Shown here piece by piece: positions 20,254 through 29,899 of a stretch of DNA of 53,722 bases. Under the pieces are notes generated by a model. That model searched no databases. It worked only from the letters and a program-made list of their open reading frames with translations, and was not told where the DNA came from. Position 1 is the stretch's first letter. Each line of letters opens with the position of its first letter. The position numbers were made by a program, and so were the translations under genes. Source of the DNA: Selenomonas ruminantium (GTDB lineage Bacteria > Bacillota > Negativicutes > Selenomonadales > Selenomonadaceae); contig CADAAS010000002.1 of assembly GCA_902785885.1 (NCBI GenBank), positions 1 to 53,722 on the forward strand. Reading direction: 5' to 3'.

Positions 20254-20921
20254 TAAAAGTTGTTATCGCCGATGACCAGGAACTCATCCGGGAAAGCTTG
20301 AAGATTGTGCTGGACCAAAATGAGGATATCGAAGTGACCGGGGTGGCAGAAAATGGTCAGATTTTGATGGATATGCTCAAAGCGGGGCAGCCGGATGTCA
20401 TTTTGATGGATGTGCGCATGCCGGAACTGGATGGCGTGGAGGCCACGCGGGAAGTCAAGCAGCTCTATCCGGCGGTAAAAATCATCATCCTGACCACCTT
20501 TGACGATGATGAATATGTGTTTAATGCGTTGAAATATGGTGCCAGCGGCTATCTGCTAAAGGGGGTGTCCGTTCCGGAACTTACTGGTGCTATCCGTACT
20601 GTCGTGTCCGGCGGTGCGATGATTAACCCCGGCATTGTAGCCAAAGTGGTGAAGTTCTTCAACCAGATGGCGCAGGGAAACAGCGCTGTGGAGACCGGCC
20701 CGGTCGTTGAGGGGCTTAGCCGTACGGAACGCAATATTGCGCATTTGGTGGGGCATGGCCTGTCCAATAAGGAAATCGCCGAGCGTTTGCGGCTGTCGGA
20801 GGGGACGGTGCGCAACAGCATGTCGAGCACGTTGTCCAAGCTAGGCCTGCGCGACCGTACGCAACTGGCGATTTGGGCTGTGCAGACGGGGCTGGCGGCT
20901 GCTGAGGTGGATGTATCGTGA
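20250..20921 (+). CDS. NarL/LuxR family response regulator (LevR-like)
   Basis: IADDQELIR, LMDVRMP, LTTFDDDEY, GLSNKEIAERLRLSEGTV, LRDRTQLA. Confidence 0.93.
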   Translation: MIKVVIADDQELIRESLKIVLDQNEDIEVTGVAENGQILMDMLKAGQPDVILMDVRMPELDGVEATREVKQLYPAVKIIILTTFDDDEYVFNALKYGASGYLLKGVSVPELTGAIRTVVSGGAMINPGIVAKVVKFFNQMAQGNSAVETGPVVEGLSRTERNIAHLVGHGLSNKEIAERLRLSEGTVRNSMSSTLSKLGLRDRTQLAIWAVQTGLAAAEVDVS

Positions 20922-22213
20922 AGCGCGGCTTTGCCCTTTATCTGGCTTTTTTGGTGTTCCTGACCTGTTTTTTGGGCTGGTATTTGACGCGCCCCAAGGT
21001 GCTCACGGTGGGGCTGTTTGCCGGCAGCAACTGGAACGTGCCGGAAGGTGAACCCTATGCCTTGATGGAAGCTGCCATCAAGCGCTTTGAGGCAGAACAT
21101 CCCGGTGTAAAGGTAAAATATGTCAGCGGCATACGCAAGGAGGACTATTCGGAATGGCTGGCGGAACGCCTGCTGAATGGTGACGAGCCGGATGTCTTTG
21201 TCGTGCCGGGGACGGACTTTGCCTTATATGCCTCGATGGGCGCATTGGCACCCTTGGAACGGTCTATGAACATGGATCACGATTTCAACCCGGACGTTTT
21301 TTATCCGATGGCCCTGGACTATGGACGCTGGCAGGGCGACAGCTATGCCCTGCCTGTGGGGGCAGTGCCGACCCTGATGTTTGTGAATAAAACGCTATTA
21401 GCCAAAGAGGGCATTGCCATTCCCCGCAATGACTGGACATGGCAGGATTTCCTGCGCATTTGCCAGGCCGTAACCCGTGATACGGATGGTGATGGTCGCC
21501 TGGACCAGTTTGGCGTTTATGACTATAATTGGCGCAAGGCAGCATTGACCAATGAGGTGAAAATCTTTTCCGCCGATGGCAAGAAGGCGAATTTTACCAC
21601 GCAAAATATGGAGGAAGTTATGCGGTTTATGGCTGGCCTGCATGCCGTCAATCAGGGGCAGGAGGTTACGGCCAAGGACTTCGATATGGGAAAGGTCGCG
21701 TTTCGTCCGTTTACCTTTGCCGAATACCGCACTTACAAGCCTTACCCTTGGCGCATAAAAAAATACAGTTCCTTTGAGTGGGACTGCATTAAGCTGCCGG
21801 CAGGGCCTTCCGGGCATAATTCCTCCATTATGCAGGTCATGATTATGGGCATCAGTGCGCGCACGAGCGAGCCGCGCTTGTCCTGGGAACTCTTGAAGAC
21901 CATCTGTTATGATCCCGTGATTCAGGAATCGCTGCTCACGATGACCCAGGGGGTGCCCGCCCGTCGTGATGTGGTGGAATCGCCGCGGGCACAGGCGCTG
22001 TTCACGGCGGCTACTCCCGGCAGTGAGGAAATGAATCTGCAAATCGTCAGTCAGGTCATGGATGATTCGATTACTGAACCGAAATTTTCCCGGTATCAGG
22101 AGGCGATGAATCTGGCTGACCATAAGCTGCAGCATATCGTGCAGGAAGGGCTGTCGATAGGCAGTGCCCTGAATCAGGTACAAAAGGAAATCAACAGCTA
22201 TTTGCAGCAATGA
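20918..22213 (+). CDS. Extracellular solute-binding protein family 1 (LevQ-like)
   Basis: FEAEHPGVKV, GDEPDVF, NDWTWQDF, DTDGDGRLDQFG, WDCIKLPAGP; no permease/ATPase adjacent. Confidence 0.85.
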   Translation: MKRGFALYLAFLVFLTCFLGWYLTRPKVLTVGLFAGSNWNVPEGEPYALMEAAIKRFEAEHPGVKVKYVSGIRKEDYSEWLAERLLNGDEPDVFVVPGTDFALYASMGALAPLERSMNMDHDFNPDVFYPMALDYGRWQGDSYALPVGAVPTLMFVNKTLLAKEGIAIPRNDWTWQDFLRICQAVTRDTDGDGRLDQFGVYDYNWRKAALTNEVKIFSADGKKANFTTQNMEEVMRFMAGLHAVNQGQEVTAKDFDMGKVAFRPFTFAEYRTYKPYPWRIKKYSSFEWDCIKLPAGPSGHNSSIMQVMIMGISARTSEPRLSWELLKTICYDPVIQESLLTMTQGVPARRDVVESPRAQALFTAATPGSEEMNLQIVSQVMDDSITEPKFSRYQEAMNLADHKLQHIVQEGLSIGSALNQVQKEINSYLQQ

Positions 22214-22223
22214 CAGGCAAAAG

Positions 22224-22252
22224 AAAAGGCCGCCCTCAAGGGCGGCTCTTTT
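22224..22252. terminator. Bidirectional terminator
   Basis: AAAAG-GCCGCCCT-CA-AGGGCGGC-TCTTTT between convergent genes. Confidence 0.8.
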
Positions 22253-22254
22253 GG

Positions 22255-22740
22255 TTATATCGCTATTGCGTATTGCAGGACCTCATCACTGCCAGCGGCA
22301 ACATCACAGCCGGGGCGGCAGGGCGTAAGTTCCGTTACTTTGTCATAATTGACAACCAGGACAGGCGAAATCATGTTGATGGAGTTCTTCTCGAAAACAG
22401 CCATGTCAATCTTGAGAATGGGCGTGCCGGCAGTTACCCGGTCGCCGGATTCCTTCAAGGCGGTAATTCCCTCGCCGTTCAGGATGATGCTGTCAAGGCC
22501 GACATGAACAAGAATCTGAATACCGTCATCAGTGGTAATGGCGAAGGCATGCTTGGTGTCGAAGAACAGGGAAATCACGCCGTCACAGGGAGCTAACACA
22601 GTATCGCTGCTAAGCTCAATGGCCAGGCCGTCACCTGTGAGCTTTTCTGCAAAGACAGGGTCTGGAACAGCGGCGAGTTCAACGGTTTTGCCGGAGAAGG
22701 GGGCCAAAATTACTTGAGATGGTGATTTCGTTGCAGACAT
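22255..22740 (-). CDS. crr: PTS glucose-family EIIA (Crr-like, stand-alone)
   Basis: VPDPVFAEKLTGDG, TKHAF, ILVHVGLDS. Confidence 0.88.
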   Translation of the reverse strand: MSATKSPSQVILAPFSGKTVELAAVPDPVFAEKLTGDGLAIELSSDTVLAPCDGVISLFFDTKHAFAITTDDGIQILVHVGLDSIILNGEGITALKESGDRVTAGTPILKIDMAVFEKNSINMISPVLVVNYDKVTELTPCRPGCDVAAGSDEVLQYAIAI

Positions 22741-22855
22741 ATTATCATGCCACCTTTCTATAGTCAGAAATTGTATAGTTCATAAGTTAATTGATTGTAT
22801 TTGCGAATTTTCTAACAAGTTTTATATTTTCATTTTACTACGAAACGGAAATAAG

Positions 22856-23830
22856 TCAAGGAAAACTATGAGGCACAGCGCTTAAGGCAGGTTGGGGATG
22901 TTTTTGCTGATGGCCGTATGCCGGGGCTAAGTATTGTGCCCCGGCAGGAACTTCCACGGCATCCAGCTGGGACTGGCGACCCTGCAGGCTCGGAATGATA
23001 TCGTCCTCAATCAGGGCGGCGATATTTACTTTCTGCTGTTTGGTCAGATGGCCGCTCTTGGAGCTGTTGAGCCGCTTAAAACGGGCCTGGAAGACCTCAA
23101 AGCGCTCATTGCTGTCGTTGACAATGTCCTGGGTAGCGGCGATATAATCCGCAATGTCCTTGTTCTGCAAGGGAGCAATCTTATCGAGATAGGCCTTGTA
23201 ATTCTTGATGTAGGCGACCTGCCAATGGCCATCCTCTGCCTGTTCCATAGCCAGTTGCAGGGTGAAGGGGGTTTTGGTGTATTCCTCAATGATTTCGATG
23301 TCAGCCGTGGCACTGCGGCCATTGTGTTCGACCTTGCCCACCTTGGCCAACGTGGTGTTGCGCACCTGGCTTCGCTCCAAAAAGCGCTCAAAGTCGATAC
23401 CCAGCTGGCGACCTTTCAGGATGTCCGTACCTTCTGGCAGGTTCCAACTGCCGGTGGTTATCCGGTTGAGGGCAGCATTTTCGATTCCCTCGGCCAGCTG
23501 CGGCTTTATCATGATGTAGAATTTTTCAAACATGGCGCGGGTCTTGGGGGTAAGTTCCGAATCATAGGCGAACAAATCCACCGTTAGGTCATCATAAGCA
23601 CGGGAAGACAGCAGTTCCGCGTTCACATAGTGGTTGAATTTTTCGCCGTCACGTTCCGTGATGGCTGCCTGAATCTGCTCCAGGGCATATTCAGGGGTGC
23701 GGATAAAGAAAAAGAAATACCATACCACCGCACCGATACATGCTGCCAAAAGCAAAAAGACCAATGACAGCCGCCGTCGTTCCTGCGTGCGACGGGCCCG
23801 AAGCCGCCGTTGCCAGGTATAATCGTCCAT
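22856..23830 (-). CDS. Membrane-anchored hypothetical protein (DUF2939-like N-region); 3' end possibly frameshifted
   Basis: Basic N-terminus + TM, TPEYALEQIQAAI motif; last 22 codons look out of frame (see findings). Confidence 0.65.
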   Translation of the reverse strand: MDDYTWQRRLRARRTQERRRLSLVFLLLAACIGAVVWYFFFFIRTPEYALEQIQAAITERDGEKFNHYVNAELLSSRAYDDLTVDLFAYDSELTPKTRAMFEKFYIMIKPQLAEGIENAALNRITTGSWNLPEGTDILKGRQLGIDFERFLERSQVRNTTLAKVGKVEHNGRSATADIEIIEEYTKTPFTLQLAMEQAEDGHWQVAYIKNYKAYLDKIAPLQNKDIADYIAATQDIVNDSNERFEVFQARFKRLNSSKSGHLTKQQKVNIAALIEDDIIPSLQGRQSQLDAVEVPAGAQYLAPAYGHQQKHPQPALSAVPHSFP

Positions 23831-23924
23831 TATATCGCTCCGTTCATCTAAGTACCCTAATTATACTCGATATGCTAAAATAAGTCTAGGAAACAAAGTG
23901 AGTTTAAGGAGTTAAAGCAACGTA

Positions 23925-24365
23925 ATGAAATGGGTTAATCATGAAATTGTCACCGGTGTTATCGTATATGCCGCTACGGGGGATTTTCTATCCACGGCCT
24001 TTTCCATGGCGGGGGCGATTTTTCCCGATAAAGTAGAAGGAAAGCCCGGAGCAAATTATTGGAGCTGGCGGGCGCGGCACCGCGGCTGGTCACATTGGCC
24101 GGTTATCTATATCGCCATCCTGGCCATCATGCAGATGGGATTGCTGCCGCAGGGAGCGGATGTGGAGCGCGGGGCTACTTTTATCTGTATTGGTGCCCTG
24201 CTGCATATCGTCGAGGATGCATTTTGCGGCAAGGTGCCCTTTCTGTTGCCTGGGCAAAAGGTGGGCATAAAGCTGTTTAAGGTCGGCTCAGTGACGGAAT
24301 ACCTGTTTTCCATGGCGGTGGTTATTCTCACCTATATCATTCACGCACAAGCTATGGTAAAATAA
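23925..24365 (+). CDS. YdjM-like membrane metal-dependent hydrolase
   Basis: WVNH, GAIFPD, HRGWSH, LHIVED motifs. Confidence 0.85.
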   Translation: MKWVNHEIVTGVIVYAATGDFLSTAFSMAGAIFPDKVEGKPGANYWSWRARHRGWSHWPVIYIAILAIMQMGLLPQGADVERGATFICIGALLHIVEDAFCGKVPFLLPGQKVGIKLFKVGSVTEYLFSMAVVILTYIIHAQAMVK

Positions 24366-24404
24366 TAACAAATCAATGGGAATAATGGAGCGGGGGTGGT
24401 CAGA

Positions 24405-26318
24405 ATGGCACGTGGTATAGCGGTAAAGGGCAGGCCCAACAAAGTTATGCGTCTGCTGGCAGAAAAATATCCCACCAAGGAAGCGGTTTATGAACAGCTG
24501 ATTTATTTGCAGTCCAGGCTGTCGCTGCCCAAGGGGATTGAGCACTTCATGAGTGATTTGCATGGGGAGTATGCATCGTTTTTCCACATCCTCAACAACT
24601 GTTCTGGGGTTATCCGGGAGAAGGTCGACTATGTCTTTGGGGAGAGGTTGTCTGCAGAGGAAAAGGCAGAATTCTGCACGCTGATTTACTATCCCAAGGA
24701 AAAAATTGAGCAGGTGACGCAAGGCCACAAGAACACGCCGGCCTGGTATCGGAAAAATCTCTCGCAGCTTTTGAAACTATCCAAGCTGATGAGCTACAAA
24801 TATCCGGCATCCAAGGTGCGTGGGTTTGTTCCCAAGCGTTATGAAGCCGTGATTGTGGAGCTCATGAATACCCGTCCGGAGGCCGATACGGCCCAGTTCG
24901 TTTACCATCAGCGGCTGCTCAATACCATCGTCCAGATTGACAGCGGCGCGGATTTTATCGAGGCGTTTACGGTGCTGATTAAGCGGCTGGCAGTGGACAG
25001 GCTGCATATCGTGGGGGATTTTTTTGACCGGGGCAACCGCCCGGACGCGATTTTGAATCTCCTGATGAAGCATCCTTCGGTGGATATCCAATGGGGCAAT
25101 CATGATGTACTCTGGATGGGCGCGGCCCTGGGGAATGAAACCTGCATTGCCGCCGTAGTGCGCAATTGCCTGCGCTATAACAATACGGACGTGTTGGAGC
25201 GGGGCTATGGCATCAGCCTGCGACCGCTGACGACCTTTGCTTCCCGCAGTTATCCGGACGCCAATCCGGTCAAGGCCGCGGAAAAGGCCATTACCATGAT
25301 GATGTTCAAGCTGGAAGGCCAGCTTATCCGCCGTCACCCGGAATACCAGATGGCGAGCCGCCTGCTGCTCGATAAGATTGACTTCCGTTCCTCGCATGCA
25401 GTGCTTGGCGATGGCAAGCGCTATGAACTGGAGAGCGCGTACTTCCCCACCATTGATGAGGATTGTGGCGACCCCTATCGGCTTACGGAGAAGGAAGCGG
25501 CGATTATTGACGACCTCAAATCGTATTTTGTGGAAAGCGCCGTGCTGCAGCGTCATGTGGATTATCTCTATCAAAAGGGGAGTCTCTATACCCGCTATAA
25601 CGGCAATCTGCTGTTCCATGGCTGTGTGCTGCTAAATGAAGATGGCAGTATGCGTTCCGTGTCCTATGACGGGCAGGAGTACAAGGGGCGGTCATGGTTT
25701 GACCATTGCGATAGAATTGCCCGGGAGGCGTATCTCTATCGCAAGCCGGAGACGGTGGACTTTATGTACTTTTTATGGTGCGGGCGGCTCTCGCCGGTTT
25801 CGGGGCGGGAGTTCAAGACCTTTGAGCGCGCCTTTATCGCCGATGAATCCACCTGGAAAGAGCCTTCTGACCCGTATTTCAAGTACATTAACCAGGAAGA
25901 AACCTGCGCAATGGTGCTGCAGGAATTTGGCCTTGACCCGGAGCGCGGGCATATCATCAACGGCCATGTGCCCGTCAAGGTCAAAAAAGGCGAAACCCCC
26001 GTCAAGGCTGGCGGCAAAGCCATTATCATTGACGGAGGTTTCTGCAAGGCCTATCATAGCAAGACGGGCATATCCGGTTATACGCTGATTTCCAATTCCC
26101 GCGGCCTGCGCCTGCTGCAGCATCAGAAGATTGCCGATGTCCGCGAGGCTTTGCGCGAGAACCAGGATATTGAGTCCGTATCGGAAACCGTGGAACTACA
26201 GGCCTGCAGGACGACACTTGGGGATACGGACGAGGGCAAGATTATACAGGACGAGATTACCGACTTGTATAACCTGTTGCTGGCTTATCAGAACGGGCTG
26301 ATTAAGCCGCAGGAGTAA
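24405..26318 (+). CDS. fbp: Fructose-1,6-bisphosphatase class 3
   Basis: LPKGIEHFMSDLHGEY, LHIVGDFFDRG, IQWGNHD, HIINGHVPV, IDGGFCKAY. Confidence 0.93.
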   Translation: MARGIAVKGRPNKVMRLLAEKYPTKEAVYEQLIYLQSRLSLPKGIEHFMSDLHGEYASFFHILNNCSGVIREKVDYVFGERLSAEEKAEFCTLIYYPKEKIEQVTQGHKNTPAWYRKNLSQLLKLSKLMSYKYPASKVRGFVPKRYEAVIVELMNTRPEADTAQFVYHQRLLNTIVQIDSGADFIEAFTVLIKRLAVDRLHIVGDFFDRGNRPDAILNLLMKHPSVDIQWGNHDVLWMGAALGNETCIAAVVRNCLRYNNTDVLERGYGISLRPLTTFASRSYPDANPVKAAEKAITMMMFKLEGQLIRRHPEYQMASRLLLDKIDFRSSHAVLGDGKRYELESAYFPTIDEDCGDPYRLTEKEAAIIDDLKSYFVESAVLQRHVDYLYQKGSLYTRYNGNLLFHGCVLLNEDGSMRSVSYDGQEYKGRSWFDHCDRIAREAYLYRKPETVDFMYFLWCGRLSPVSGREFKTFERAFIADESTWKEPSDPYFKYINQEETCAMVLQEFGLDPERGHIINGHVPVKVKKGETPVKAGGKAIIIDGGFCKAYHSKTGISGYTLISNSRGLRLLQHQKIADVREALRENQDIESVSETVELQACRTTLGDTDEGKIIQDEITDLYNLLLAYQNGLIKPQE

Positions 26319-26320
26319 TT

Positions 26321-26887
26321 TTATTTGTCATAGCCGTTTTCCACCACATCAATCTTGCCTGTGCGGGGGTGGAAAATCAGGCCGTGGATGGGAACATCAT
26401 CAGGAATGAGGGGATTCAGGCGGATGTATTCCACGGTATCGCGGACATTCTGTTCCGGGTGATGGAATTCGTCGGCCCATTCCTGTAATTCCTTCTTGAC
26501 CATATGGATGGCTTCTTTGGCAATGCCGCGTTCCAGCATGGATTGTATCAGGCTTTCGGAGGTGGTATGGGCCATGCCGCATTCGTGGTGGCCGATAACG
26601 ATGATTTCCTTGACGCCAAGTTCATAAATACAGACCAAAAGGCTCCTGATGGTGCCATCGAATACGCCGGTAACGCCGTTGCCGGCGGTTTTTATTACCT
26701 TGGCTTCGCCACGGCCAATGCCCAAGGCCGGCTCCAAAAAGTTTACCAGCCGCGTGTCCATGCAGGTAATGATGGCTACCTGCTTTTGCGGCAGCTTGCT
26801 TTTTTTCTGGTCTTCCTGCGTGTAATCTGCTGGCGGATGGGCACAGAATTCGGCGTTGGCAGATAGCATGTCATCCAAAATTGACAT
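26321..26887 (-). CDS. Beta-class carbonic anhydrase
   Basis: TCMDTRL, KTAG, GHHECG zinc ligands. Confidence 0.92.
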   Translation of the reverse strand: MSILDDMLSANAEFCAHPPADYTQEDQKKSKLPQKQVAIITCMDTRLVNFLEPALGIGRGEAKVIKTAGNGVTGVFDGTIRSLLVCIYELGVKEIIVIGHHECGMAHTTSESLIQSMLERGIAKEAIHMVKKELQEWADEFHHPEQNVRDTVEYIRLNPLIPDDVPIHGLIFHPRTGKIDVVENGYDK

Positions 26888-26908
26888 AATGAACCCTCCC
26901 TTTATGGT

Positions 26909-27466
26909 TTAAAGAAATCCCGGACGGATTTTGATGTTTTGGCCGTTTTTCAAGGTGATTTTTTCCACCAGGCAGGTGCGCATGCCCACCATGAACAGTT
27001 CAAATTCATCAACCTGGGGCAGTTTTTTCAAAAATTCATCACGGGCCATTTTTTCGCTGAGGTTTTGGGTGATTTCATGCCCATTGGGGTCCAGGATGAC
27101 CACATAGTAATCGGCAGCGGGAACATCCTTGAAGGCAAATTGGCCCTTTTCGTCGGCGATTGCATGGTAAATCGGCTGATTGGCCGGAATAACCTTTTCC
27201 TGATACCATTTTTGTACAGAGGCATAGGGGAGCGCGACGAAATTGATGCCCCGCTCGATAAGCCATATTTCTGCCCGTTCCGTGTTTTTGCGATTGGGGG
27301 GAGCGGTCATATTCCACATTACTCCGGCACCGGCTTCCCCTTTGGCGACCTTCATTCCGCGTTCGGTATTGGGCGGATAGACGTTTCCGGTGATGGAGCC
27401 AGCAGCTGCAGCCAGGGCAGCGATACTCCAAAGGCATAAGGCCAATATGATGGTTATACGTTTCAT
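26909..27466 (-). CDS. Exported hypothetical protein (possible carboxypeptidase-regulatory/transthyretin-like beta domain)
   Basis: GGAGG RBS; signal peptide MKRITII...AAA; GSITGNV and ADEKGQFAFKDVPAADYYVV. Confidence 0.65.
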   Translation of the reverse strand: MKRITIILALCLWSIAALAAAAGSITGNVYPPNTERGMKVAKGEAGAGVMWNMTAPPNRKNTERAEIWLIERGINFVALPYASVQKWYQEKVIPANQPIYHAIADEKGQFAFKDVPAADYYVVILDPNGHEITQNLSEKMARDEFLKKLPQVDEFELFMVGMRTCLVEKITLKNGQNIKIRPGFL

Positions 27467-27632
27467 GGTAAGCATCCTCCTTCGGTTAATTTTCTTTATC
27501 GGTATTTTTCGCTTTTTATGAGAAAATTTCCTGCTCGATTTGCCTGCAGATTCATTTTGCGGTACACTAGAGAGCGACGGTATGCGCTGCATAAAAATTC
27601 AGGGCGCAACTGTACGAAAGGAGAATTCATTT

Positions 27633-27896
27633 ATGACCGATTGGGAAAAGTATCAGCAGATTCGCCGCGAAGCCGCGTATACGGGGCTGGCACTGCTGGT
27701 ACTTATTTTGTTTTGGTGCTGGGCAGGTTTTGGCCTGGCCGATGTGGAGTTGGAGATTTTTGGCCTGCCTTTATGGGCGGTTACGTCCAGTATCGGGGTA
27801 TGGCTGTTTGCCATTGTGCTGGTGAAACTTTTGTTGAAATTCGTGTTCCGGGATATGCCCCTGGACGAAGAAAAGGGGGCTGAGGAACATGAGTAA
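27633..27896 (+). CDS. yhdT: YhdT (DUF997) small membrane protein
   Basis: YQQIRREA, GLPLW, FRDMPLD; precedes panF; AAAGGAG RBS. Confidence 0.85.
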   Translation: MTDWEKYQQIRREAAYTGLALLVLILFWCWAGFGLADVELEIFGLPLWAVTSSIGVWLFAIVLVKLLLKFVFRDMPLDEEKGAEEHE

Positions 27897-29391
27897 TGGC
27901 GGCAATCTGGCAGCGCTTTTGCCCCTGCTTATCTTTATGGCCGTGATGATTGGCATTGGCTTTTATGTGCGGCAGGTGCAGGCGCGGGGCTTTGGCAAGA
28001 ATTTTGTGCAGCAGTATTTTATCGGCAACCATGATTTGGGTGGCTTTGTGCTGGCCATGACCACGGTTGCGACATATAGCTCGGTTAGTTCCTTTGTCGG
28101 CGGGCCGGGGATGGCCTGGCAGATTGGCTTCGGCTGGATTTATATGGCCGTGGTGCAGGTTACGGCCATCTTCCTCGTGCTGGGCATTTTTGGCAAGCGC
28201 GTGGCCTTGCTGTCCCGCAAGTTCGATGCCGTGACGGTGGTGGATATCATCCGGGAACGCTTCCAGTCCGATGGGCTGGCAAGCCTGGCGGCGTTTATCA
28301 TTGTGCTGTTTTTCTGTGCGACCATGACGGCGCAGTTCGTGGGCGGTGCCAAGCTCTTTGCGGCTGTGACGGGATATAGCTACGAAATGGGGCTGCTGCT
28401 CTTTGGCCTGGCGGTTGTAGTCTATACTACCGTGGGCGGTTTCCGGGCCGTAGCGCTCACCGATACCTGTTGTGCGCTGATTATGATGGTGGGCATTGTC
28501 CTGCTTTTGTATCATGTTCTGTTAGCTGGTGGTGGTTACAGCAATTTGATGGCCAATCTCCACCTGAACCATCCGGAAATGTTTGAGCCGTTCTCCGGCG
28601 GCCATATGCCGGCTGGCCTTTACCTGACCCAGTGGATTCTGGTGGGTATCTGTACGATTGCCCTGCCGCAGTCGGTGGTGCGTGGCATCAGCTACAAGGA
28701 CACGGCCAGCCTGCACAAGGCCATGCTTATCGGTACGGTGGTCGTGGGCTTTATGAATATCGGCATCAATTTCACGGGCATTTTGGCCCATGGCGTGCTT
28801 ACGGGGGATTTGGCCACCTATGGCGGCGTGGACAACATCATTCCGAAAACCATCGTCACGGTTATGCCGCCGGCCTTGGTCGGGCTGGCCATTATCGGTC
28901 CCTTGGCGGCCTCCATTTCCACGATTTCGGGGCTGCTCATTGTCGCATCTTCGGCGATTATCAAGGATGTGTATCTGCATCAGCAGCATAAAAGAGGCAA
29001 GGAGCCGGGCACAAAGCAGCTGCGCCTGCTCTCCATGCTGGCGACGGCCGTTATCGGCGTCGTGGTCTTTATCATTGCGCTGACCCCGCCAAGCCTTATC
29101 TGGATTATCAATATGTTCGCCTTTGGCGGCTTGGAAACGGCGTTTTTCTGGATGCTGCTGCTCGGCCTGTTCTGGCGGCGGGCCAATAAGCTCGGGGCAA
29201 TCCTCTCCATGGGCGGCGGTACAGTGGTCTACTGCCTGACACAGGGGATGGGCTTTAAGGTCATGGGCCTGCATCAGATTACCATTGGCATTACCGCCTC
29301 GCTGCTGTTCTTCCTGCTTGGCACTTATTTGGGCAAGCCGCAGGACGAGCAGGTGCTGAACGAGTTTTTCCCGCATAGGAAAAATCAATAA
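27889..29391 (+). CDS. panF: Sodium/pantothenate symporter (SSS family)
   Basis: LGGFVLAMTTVATYSSVSSFVGGPG, GGFRAVALTD, SYKDTASLHKAM, FAFGGLE; yhdT synteny. Confidence 0.88.
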   Translation: MSNGGNLAALLPLLIFMAVMIGIGFYVRQVQARGFGKNFVQQYFIGNHDLGGFVLAMTTVATYSSVSSFVGGPGMAWQIGFGWIYMAVVQVTAIFLVLGIFGKRVALLSRKFDAVTVVDIIRERFQSDGLASLAAFIIVLFFCATMTAQFVGGAKLFAAVTGYSYEMGLLLFGLAVVVYTTVGGFRAVALTDTCCALIMMVGIVLLLYHVLLAGGGYSNLMANLHLNHPEMFEPFSGGHMPAGLYLTQWILVGICTIALPQSVVRGISYKDTASLHKAMLIGTVVVGFMNIGINFTGILAHGVLTGDLATYGGVDNIIPKTIVTVMPPALVGLAIIGPLAASISTISGLLIVASSAIIKDVYLHQQHKRGKEPGTKQLRLLSMLATAVIGVVVFIIALTPPSLIWIINMFAFGGLETAFFWMLLLGLFWRRANKLGAILSMGGGTVVYCLTQGMGFKVMGLHQITIGITASLLFFLLGTYLGKPQDEQVLNEFFPHRKNQ

Positions 29392-29440
29392 GCATATAGG
29401 GAAAAATATTCTTAAATATAAGCTAAATTGCAAAAATAGC

Positions 29441-29469
29441 TTGCGCAATTAGGACTTTTGGGGTAAAAT
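29441..29469 (+). promoter_or_regulatory. sigma70-type promoter of 94-aa gene
   Basis: TTGCGC-17 bp-TAAAAT. Confidence 0.5.
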
Positions 29470-29558
29470 TACAACGTATTTTTTATAAAGATGTATATTA
29501 TAGAAATCTAATGGGATAATGTTGTGGAAAAGATGTTTGGAGAGGAGAAAAATTAACC

Positions 29559-29843
29559 ATGATTGTTGCGGTGAATAGTGCCACCAACAAGTTGTTCAAG
29601 TTCAAGACTGGCAAGTATAATCTGAAGGAGCAGGCGGCTTGGAAGTCCCGTACGGCATTTGTGGAAGATACCCTGCGGGAGATTATCCGTGAAGCGGCCA
29701 ATAAAGAGGCAGCTGTGTTTGCTAAGTGCTGCTACGGTATCGAGCTGGGGAGAAGTGAAGTCGAGGACCGCTACCTTCTGTCCTATGATGATGCCGTGAG
29801 CTATTGGAAGAATTTTGATGCCCGCGTGTATCAGATTGCCTAA
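29559..29843 (+). CDS. Hypothetical protein, 94 aa
   Basis: GAGAGGAG RBS, own promoter and terminator. Confidence 0.7.
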   Translation: MIVAVNSATNKLFKFKTGKYNLKEQAAWKSRTAFVEDTLREIIREAANKEAAVFAKCCYGIELGRSEVEDRYLLSYDDAVSYWKNFDARVYQIA

Positions 29844-29854
29844 ATAAATAGATG

Positions 29855-29896
29855 AACAGCCCATGAAGCAAGGGATATGCTTCATGGGCTGTTTTT
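29855..29896. terminator. Terminator between 94-aa gene and azlD
   Basis: AACAGCCCATGAAGCA-loop-TGCTTCATGGGCTGTTTTT. Confidence 0.85.
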
Positions 29897-29899
29897 GGG

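Noticed and set aside
27540-27632. Leader of yhdT-panF as a possible riboswitch, and N-terminal ORF extensions at 27540/27592
   Set aside because: Only a weak short stem, no recognisable aptamer or terminator; downstream starts have better RBSs
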